A DNA stretch of 38,353 bases from Thermomicrobiales bacterium (GTDB lineage Bacteria > Chloroflexota > Chloroflexia > Thermomicrobiales > UBA6265): positions 1 through 38,353 of the forward strand of contig JBGTNF010000297.1 in NCBI GenBank assembly GCA_041743205.1. Reading direction: 5' to 3'. The notes under the pieces were generated by a model. That model did no database searches. It was not told the origin of the DNA and was given only the letters and a program-made list of their open reading frames with translations. Positions 32,903 through 38,353 of the stretch are shown in pieces; the stretch's first letter is position 1, and every line of letters starts with the position of its first letter. A program made the position numbers and the translations under genes.

Positions 32903-33673
32903 TTAGAACAGCGTGAAGCCGCCGTCGATGACGACGATCGAGCCGGTCATGAAGCTGGACGCGTCGCTTGCCAGGAAGACGGCCAACGGGCCGAGCTCTT
33001 CCGGCTTCCCCGCCCGTTTCATTGGAGCCGGGTCGACGCACCACGGCCTGAACTCCGGCTCGTAGACGGGCGACTGGTCGGTTTCCATGTAGCCGGGGGC
33101 GATCGCGTTGACCCGGATGCCGTAGGGCGCCCACTCGGCGGCGAGACCCTTGGTCAGCTGATGCACCGCCCCCTTGGACGCCAGGTAGGCCGGCTGCCAC
33201 CGCGGCTGGTTGACGATCTGCGCCGACATCGACCCGATGTTGACAATCGTGCCGCCCGTGTCGCGCTCCACCATCCGGCGACCAACGGCGCGGCTGCAAT
33301 GCCAGACGCCATCGACGTTGGTCGCCATGATCGACGACCAGTCGTCGGCCGAGGCGTCCAGCGCCGTGTGGGCGACCGAGATCCCGGCGTTGTTGACGAG
33401 GATATCGATCGGCCCCAGCTCTTCGACGACGCGCTGGACCGCGCGTTCGACATCCGCCGCGTCGGTGACTTCGAGCTCGACGCCAAGCGCGGTTACCTCG
33501 ATTGCACTCAGCTCGTCGGCCGCCGCGTCCGCCGCCCGTTGCGTCCTGGCCGTCACGGCGACCTTGGCGCCGGCTTCGCCCAAGGCCTGGGCCATCGCCC
33601 GGCCGAGACCCCGGCTGCCGCCGGTCACCAGGGCGGTCTTACCCGCGAGTGAAAACGCATCGAGCACTGGCAT
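32903..33673 (-). CDS. SDR-family oxidoreductase
   Basis: Motifs TALVTGGSRGLGRA, NNAG and YLASKGAV (the YxxxK catalytic motif). Confidence 0.92.
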   Translation of the reverse strand: MPVLDAFSLAGKTALVTGGSRGLGRAMAQALGEAGAKVAVTARTQRAADAAADELSAIEVTALGVELEVTDAADVERAVQRVVEELGPIDILVNNAGISVAHTALDASADDWSSIMATNVDGVWHCSRAVGRRMVERDTGGTIVNIGSMSAQIVNQPRWQPAYLASKGAVHQLTKGLAAEWAPYGIRVNAIAPGYMETDQSPVYEPEFRPWCVDPAPMKRAGKPEELGPLAVFLASDASSFMTGSIVVIDGGFTLF

Positions 33674-33705
33674 TGATCACCTTTTCTTCGGATTGTCGCG
33701 AGCTG

Positions 33706-33762
33706 CCGTCCGCCGGTCGATTCCGACATTAGACGGGCCGGCGGACGGGCCGTCAACGGGCC
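33706..33762. promoter_or_regulatory. inverted plus direct repeats in the divergent SDR/GH95 promoter region (possible operator)
   Basis: Perfect 11-bp inverted repeat CCGTCCGCCGG (33706-33716) / CCGGCGGACGG (33738-33748). ACGGGCC occurs three times, at 33733, 33745 and 33756, spaced 11-12 nt apart. Confidence 0.3.
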
Positions 33763-33821
33763 GGCTGAGATTGCGGACCATTGCGTGATTCGTGCCGCTG
33801 GGGATAATCGCCATCGTCTAA

Positions 33822-36299
33822 GTGCCGACCCGTCGATGCCTGCCAGGTGGTTGCCCAGTGTCCGATCTCAACGCCACCGATCCCAACCTTCGCCTCTGGA
33901 ACGACGCTCCGGCGGCCGAGTGGCTGGCCGCCTTCCCGATCGGCAACGGCCAGATCGGGGGGATGGTGTTCGGCGGCGTCGAGCGCGAACGGATCGGCCT
34001 CAATCACGAGCGCCTCTGGCGCGGCGTCACCCGCGATCGGTCAACCGACGACGTGGCGAGCCGGTTGCCAGAAATCCGCGACGCTTTCTTCGCCGGCGAC
34101 CTGGCGCGTGGGGCCGACCTGGCCGAATCGGCGCTCGGCGGCAAGGAGCGCCGGATCATGCCGTACCAACCGGTGGGCGATCTCTGGATCGAGTCGCTGG
34201 GGAATGGCGGACAGTTCGGGTCATACATGCGTGAGCTCGACCTGCTGACCGGCGTGGCGCTGACCGAATGGCGCCTCGGGGAGTACCGGCATCGCCGCCT
34301 GGCGTTCGTTTCCGCCGATCACAACGCGCTCGTCGTCCACCTCGAAACCGACGATCCCGACGGCGTGTCGATCGCGGCCACGCTGGACCGGACCACGTCC
34401 GACGAAACGCCGGGCCGTCCCGAAAGCCCCTATGTGTCGCCCGACGACGTGACGATCACCCGCTGGTCACGGCAGAACCGGGCCGGGCTCCACGGCCTCT
34501 TTCCGGAGGGCATCTCGTTCGCCGCCGAATTGCGGGTCATCGCCGACGGCGGCGAAATCGCGGCTGGCGACCCATCCGAATCGCGGGTCGAAGTGCGCAA
34601 TGCCCACAGCGTGACGATCGTGCTCGGGATCGCGGTCAAGACCGAAGCGCACATCATGAATCCGAGGGACGCCATCGCTTCCCACCTCGACGCCGTGCCC
34701 ACCGACTTCGATCTCCCGCTCGCCGCGCACCTGGCCGAGCACCTGCCGGCCATGCGCCGGGTTCAGCTGTCGTTGCCGACGCCGCCCGAGGCGGCAGCGC
34801 TGCCGCTGTCGCAGCGCTTGACGCGGCTGCGCGGCGGCGAAACCGATCCAGGCCTGACGGCGCTCTACTTCGCCTACGGCCGGTACCTGCTCTACAGCTC
34901 GTCGCGCCGTTGCGTGCAACCGGCCAACCTCCAGGGCATCTGGTGCCAGGAACTGGAGCCGGCCTGGCAATCGGATTTCCACCTCAACATCAACCTCCAG
35001 ATGAACTACTGGCCCGCCGAGGTCGCCAACCTCGGCGAGTGCCTGCCGCCGCTCGTCGAGTTCATGGAGCGCTTCGTGCCCTCGGCGCGCGAGGCGGCGC
35101 GCGATCTCTACGGCGCCGAGGGGGTGCTGATGCCGCACGCCACCGATGTCTGGGGCCGGGCGACGCCGGAGGCGCCCGTCTGCGACGTCTGGCAGGGGGC
35201 GGCCAGCTGGCTGGCGCAGCACCTTTGGTCGCATTGGGAGTTCACGGAGGATCGTGATTTCCTGGCCCGGCACGCGTATCCGTACCTCAAGGAGTGCGCC
35301 GCGTTCTGGAGCAGCTTCCTCGTGCCGGAAGCCCGGGCCGATCACCCACTGGCCGGAAAGCTCGTTTCCGTGCCGTCCAACTCGCCGGAGAACAGCTACT
35401 GGTGGGAAGGTCACCAGCTGCGCTACGGCATCGGGGCAACGATGGACCTGCTGCTCGCCCGCGAGGTGATCGGCAACTGCCTGGCGGCCAGCGAGATCCT
35501 GGACGTGGACGACGACCTGCGCGCCGGCTGGTCCTCGACACTGGCGAACCTGGCTCCGCTGCAAATCGGCCAGCACGGTCAGTTGCGGGAGTACCTCGAC
35601 GATTGGGACGAGCCAGAGCCGTCGCACCGGCACGTGTCCCACCTCTACGGCATCTTTCCCGGCAACTACCCGACGGCGGATGATTCCGGCGAGCTGTTCG
35701 AGGCGGCCCGGACATCGCTCCTCCGGCGGCTCGAAGCGGGCGGCGGTCACACCGGCTGGAGCCGCTCGTGGGTGGCGGCGCTCTGGGCCCGATTCGGCGA
35801 CGGCGACCTCGCCAGCGCGCATTTCGATCACCTGATCGCCCAGTTCGCGACCGACGCCCTGCTCGATCTGCACCCGCCGCGCATCTTCCAGATCGACGGC
35901 AACTTCGGCGGCACGGCGGCCGTGGCCGAAATGTTGTTGCAAAGCCATCGCGGCGTGCTCCGGCTCCTGCCAGCGCTGCCATCGAGCTGGACCGAGGGCT
36001 CGGTGGCAGGGTTGCGGGCGCGGGGCCAGCGGACCGTGGCGATCGCCTGGGAAGGCGGAAAACTCATGGAAGCGTCCATCGTGGGCCGCTCGGAGTCCCC
36101 GCTCACGGTCGAAGTGCCGGACGACCGCGACTATACCGTCACGGTCAAACCCATCGCACAACATGCCGACGTGTGGGGCGCCGACGACTTCGCCGCCGTT
36201 GCGGATGGGCCCGGTGTCCCGGTCGAGGTCCATCGGTCGGGACGCCGTCTGGAATGGACCCCAAGTTCCGAGTTAGTCTACGACGTGCGGCCGTCATGA
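33822..36299 (+). CDS. glycoside hydrolase family 95 (alpha-L-fucosidase-type)
   Basis: Motifs [44 protein letters not shown] and [21 protein letters not shown], which are characteristic of GH95. The start may be GTG 33858. Confidence 0.88.
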   Translation: MPTRRCLPGGCPVSDLNATDPNLRLWNDAPAAEWLAAFPIGNGQIGGMVFGGVERERIGLNHERLWRGVTRDRSTDDVASRLPEIRDAFFAGDLARGADLAESALGGKERRIMPYQPVGDLWIESLGNGGQFGSYMRELDLLTGVALTEWRLGEYRHRRLAFVSADHNALVVHLETDDPDGVSIAATLDRTTSDETPGRPESPYVSPDDVTITRWSRQNRAGLHGLFPEGISFAAELRVIADGGEIAAGDPSESRVEVRNAHSVTIVLGIAVKTEAHIMNPRDAIASHLDAVPTDFDLPLAAHLAEHLPAMRRVQLSLPTPPEAAALPLSQRLTRLRGGETDPGLTALYFAYGRYLLYSSSRRCVQPANLQGIWCQELEPAWQSDFHLNINLQMNYWPAEVANLGECLPPLVEFMERFVPSAREAARDLYGAEGVLMPHATDVWGRATPEAPVCDVWQGAASWLAQHLWSHWEFTEDRDFLARHAYPYLKECAAFWSSFLVPEARADHPLAGKLVSVPSNSPENSYWWEGHQLRYGIGATMDLLLAREVIGNCLAASEILDVDDDLRAGWSSTLANLAPLQIGQHGQLREYLDDWDEPEPSHRHVSHLYGIFPGNYPTADDSGELFEAARTSLLRRLEAGGGHTGWSRSWVAALWARFGDGDLASAHFDHLIAQFATDALLDLHPPRIFQIDGNFGGTAAVAEMLLQSHRGVLRLLPALPSSWTEGSVAGLRARGQRTVAIAWEGGKLMEASIVGRSESPLTVEVPDDRDYTVTVKPIAQHADVWGADDFAAVADGPGVPVEVHRSGRRLEWTPSSELVYDVRPS

Positions 36300-36604
36300 C
36301 GGAGATCTGGCTCACGGATGAGCGGGGCTCGACGTACGAGGTGAGGAAGCTCGCCGCCCGCTACATCCAGTTGCGGCGAAAGGCGGCCCTGGCGAATCTG
36401 GCCTGGCTGGAAACGCACGACGACGTTGGCCTGCGCAAACGGGACGGCTACCTGTTTCGCGCGGCCGAGATCGTGACCACGATCCGGGCGCTGCTGGGCC
36501 ATGAGGCCAGCAAGCAGTTCGCCGTCGAGGCGAACCGCTTCTACGGTCCGGTGGCCTTCTGGCCCGAGCCAGAGTCTTTCACGATCGGGCGAGCGCACGA
36601 ATGA
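36296..36604 (+). CDS. hypothetical protein, translationally coupled to the GH95 gene
   Basis: 102 aa. Its ATG overlaps the GH95 TGA (ATGA at 36296-36299). Codons are strongly G/C-ending. No family recognised. Confidence 0.55.
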   Translation: MTEIWLTDERGSTYEVRKLAARYIQLRRKAALANLAWLETHDDVGLRKRDGYLFRAAEIVTTIRALLGHEASKQFAVEANRFYGPVAFWPEPESFTIGRAHE

Positions 36605-36624
36605 AGCGGCTTGTTGGCGCCGCC

Positions 36625-37299
36625 TTACCCGAACCCGAGGAGCGACGAGGCGGCGTTGATTGCCAGGATGAAGCCGACGATCCCCAGCGCCCAGCCGATC
36701 ATGCCGTCGCTGTTCCTGGTAAGCCAGCCCTCGATCTTCTTCAGGAACTGATCGAATCGAACTCCTGCAAACTTTGCTATCGTGATGAGTAGCAACGCCG
36801 GGAGCGCCATCACCAGGGTGTACGCGCCAAGCGTGACCGCCTGTTCCACGAATGACAGGCCGGAGCGGGCGAGGATCCCAATGGCGGCAATGTACGGGAC
36901 CATCGTCGCCAGCTCGATCACTCCCGACGTGAGTCCAAGAGCGACCATGGCGCGGTTCGTCGGTTGGGTTGGAATCCAGGAACGTGCGGGTTTGGTCTTG
37001 CGCCGTTTGGGATCGAACCGGAACGACAGTCCGAACAACCCGATGCCGACCACGAGTTGGACGACTTGCCCCGTGGTTCCGGCCAACGCATCGCCAACGG
37101 CGTCCAGGAACGACCCGAGTCCGACGAGCACCAGGGCGCCGACCGTGAAGTAGAAGAGCGTTATGGTTCCCAGGTACACGAACTGCCTGCGAGCCGGCAC
37201 GCGGGAGAGAGTAAGCATGACGGGCACGCCGACCGTGCCGATGCTGGTGCTGTCGACCAGAGCCAATCCGAGCAAGGTTCCGAGAAGCGCGAATGTCAT
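36625..37299 (-). CDS. multi-pass membrane protein (GAP/Sap-like or LysE-type; uncertain)
   Basis: ATG at 37299 gives MTFALLGTLLGLALVDSTSIGTVGVP..., with about 6 hydrophobic helices and a basic central loop DPKRRKTKPARS. Divergent from the TetR gene. Confidence 0.7.
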   Translation of the reverse strand: MTFALLGTLLGLALVDSTSIGTVGVPVMLTLSRVPARRQFVYLGTITLFYFTVGALVLVGLGSFLDAVGDALAGTTGQVVQLVVGIGLFGLSFRFDPKRRKTKPARSWIPTQPTNRAMVALGLTSGVIELATMVPYIAAIGILARSGLSFVEQAVTLGAYTLVMALPALLLITIAKFAGVRFDQFLKKIEGWLTRNSDGMIGWALGIVGFILAINAASSLLGFG

Positions 37300-37334
37300 G
37301 TCAAACCCCGTGACGCCATCGAATGATTTATTTC

Positions 37335-37346
37335 GTACAACTGTAC
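37335..37346. promoter_or_regulatory. candidate TetR operator palindrome
   Basis: GTACA-AC-TGTAC lies in the 62-bp A/T-rich spacer between the divergent membrane-protein and TetR genes. Confidence 0.3.
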
Positions 37347-37361
37347 TAAAAAGAGCGGGAA

Positions 37362-37997
37362 ATGCCAAGAGTCGTCGATCACGAGTCCCGAAAGAACGAT
37401 ATTGCTGGCGCGTTGTGGCGGCTGGCCGAGCGAGACGGGATCGCGGCGGTTTCGGTGCGCAATGTCGCGAAGGAACTCGGACACTCGCCGAGCTCGCTCC
37501 GTCACTATTTCTCGACTCAGGCCGAGCTCATGGAGTTTGCGCTGGCCTCACTGCTCGATAGCGCTCGCGTTCGGCTCGAGAACCGGGTCGCCAGTTACGC
37601 TCGTGGCGGAGACGACGTCGCCTGGTTGTCGGAATTGTTCAAGGAGGGGTTGCCGCTCGATGGTCGGCGGTCGGCTGAGGTCGAGGTTTGGATGGCGCTG
37701 CACCGTCACGACCGTGACGGCGGGGTCCTGAGCCAGGCGATGGGGAGGGAATGGCGGGAATCGCAGCAGCTGTGCCGGTTCGCCGTCACTTCGCTGGCTG
37801 ACGGCGCCCCCCGCGCCGATGTGCGGGACGCGCTCGACGATCGGCTCGAACTCGAATCGACCCTGCTTCACACCTTTTGGGATGGCCTGACGCTGGACGC
37901 GAGTTCACGACCCTCGGTGTTCACGCCCAGTCTCATCGATGAACTGCTGACCACCTACCTGTGCCAGCTCGACGCACGGGTGCGGAACCGCGCTTGA
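37362..37997 (+). CDS. TetR/AcrR-family transcriptional regulator
   Basis: N-terminal HTH: IAGALWRLAERDGIAAVSVRNVAKELGHSPSSLRHYFSTQAELMEFAL. Confidence 0.9.
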   Translation: MPRVVDHESRKNDIAGALWRLAERDGIAAVSVRNVAKELGHSPSSLRHYFSTQAELMEFALASLLDSARVRLENRVASYARGGDDVAWLSELFKEGLPLDGRRSAEVEVWMALHRHDRDGGVLSQAMGREWRESQQLCRFAVTSLADGAPRADVRDALDDRLELESTLLHTFWDGLTLDASSRPSVFTPSLIDELLTTYLCQLDARVRNRA

Positions 37998-38128
37998 CAT
38001 CGTGAAACCTCCGGTGGCGTTTGCCACCATCCTGCCCTGTGGTCGTTGCTGCGGGATCGGCGAGATCTGGGCGGCTCCCACGCTTCGCTGCTGTGAAAAT
38101 GGCCGATCGTGGCGCAGCCGATCACGGG

Positions 38129-38155
38129 GCCGAGACAAGCTCGGCAGCCCTACGA
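38129..38155. repeat. family-2 structured repeat, second copy
   Basis: GCCGAGACAAGCTCGGCAGCCCTACGA. It is identical to 32843-32869 at 25 of 27 positions, and the two differences are a compensatory base-pair swap in the 6-bp stem. Confidence 0.5.
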
Positions 38156-38353
38156 GGCCCATTTTCATGCGGTGGTGGTGCGGCCGCGCCGCATGATTAC
38201 TCTGGACAGGCTCCCGAATCGACAAGATCTCGTCACCAAGATGTCGTTCGCGGTCGAATCTGGGCCGCCACAAGTGTTCAGACTGGAGACATCATCCCCA
38301 CGCGTGCGAGGACATCGTCCCCATGTGACCGATGATCCGTTCCCAGAAAGGGG

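Noticed and set aside
34467-36233. 588-aa minus-strand ORF
   Set aside because: It is antisense to the GH95 gene, which carries diagnostic GH95 motifs.

Overview
High-GC bacterial chromosomal segment. GC was judged by eye, not computed. The phylum cannot be fixed from sequence alone; Tat signals, PT-rich linkers, a GAAC-N4-GTTC box and the TctABC/GH95 content would fit a Chloroflexota- or Actinomycetota-like organism. I support about 33 protein genes and found no rRNA, tRNA or CRISPR array.

Gene content, left to right:
- Mobile-element debris: a partial excisionase-like HTH ORF and an IS630-type transposase N-terminal fragment.
- A nucleoside/NAD cluster: cdd, a hypothetical gene, and a tightly overlapping Sir2 deacylase - PaaI thioesterase - nucleoside 2-deoxyribosyltransferase-like operon.
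- A promoter carrying a perfect LexA-type palindrome, then a hypothetical gene and a strong intrinsic terminator.
- An unassigned, A/T-richer convergent spacer of about 430 bp.
- A long ArsR-type regulator, a Xer-like recombinase with substituted catalytic residues, and a membrane protein.
- A manA - ADP-ribosylglycohydrolase operon divergent from manC.
- A disordered membrane protein and a creatininase-family gene.
- A ~1259-aa secreted protein with one DPBB, three discoidin and four SH3b domains.
- Usp, an MFS transporter, an M50-like protease and tctCBA.
- A small ChaB islet.
- A sugar ABC locus with a fused double permease and a C39-like peptidase.
- Gfo/Idh/MocA, SDR and a GH95 fucosidase, followed by a small coupled ORF and a GAP-like membrane protein/TetR pair.

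The most unusual signal not explained by genes is two families of structured intergenic repeats:
- Family 1 has GTCATYCCGAGC...GCTCGGRATGAC termini and looks MITE/REP-like. One 255-bp copy sits inside the tctCBA operon.
- Family 2 is the hairpin GCSGAGACAAGCTCSGCAGCCCTACGA, and its two copies differ by one compensatory base-pair swap.

I do not recognise a complete known defence or mobile system. The best candidates for something undescribed are the repeat families, the Sir2/thioesterase/NDT-like operon, the degenerate recombinase neighbourhood and the unassigned 5.4-5.8 kb spacer. All functional calls rest on motif recognition by eye, and none has been checked by search.
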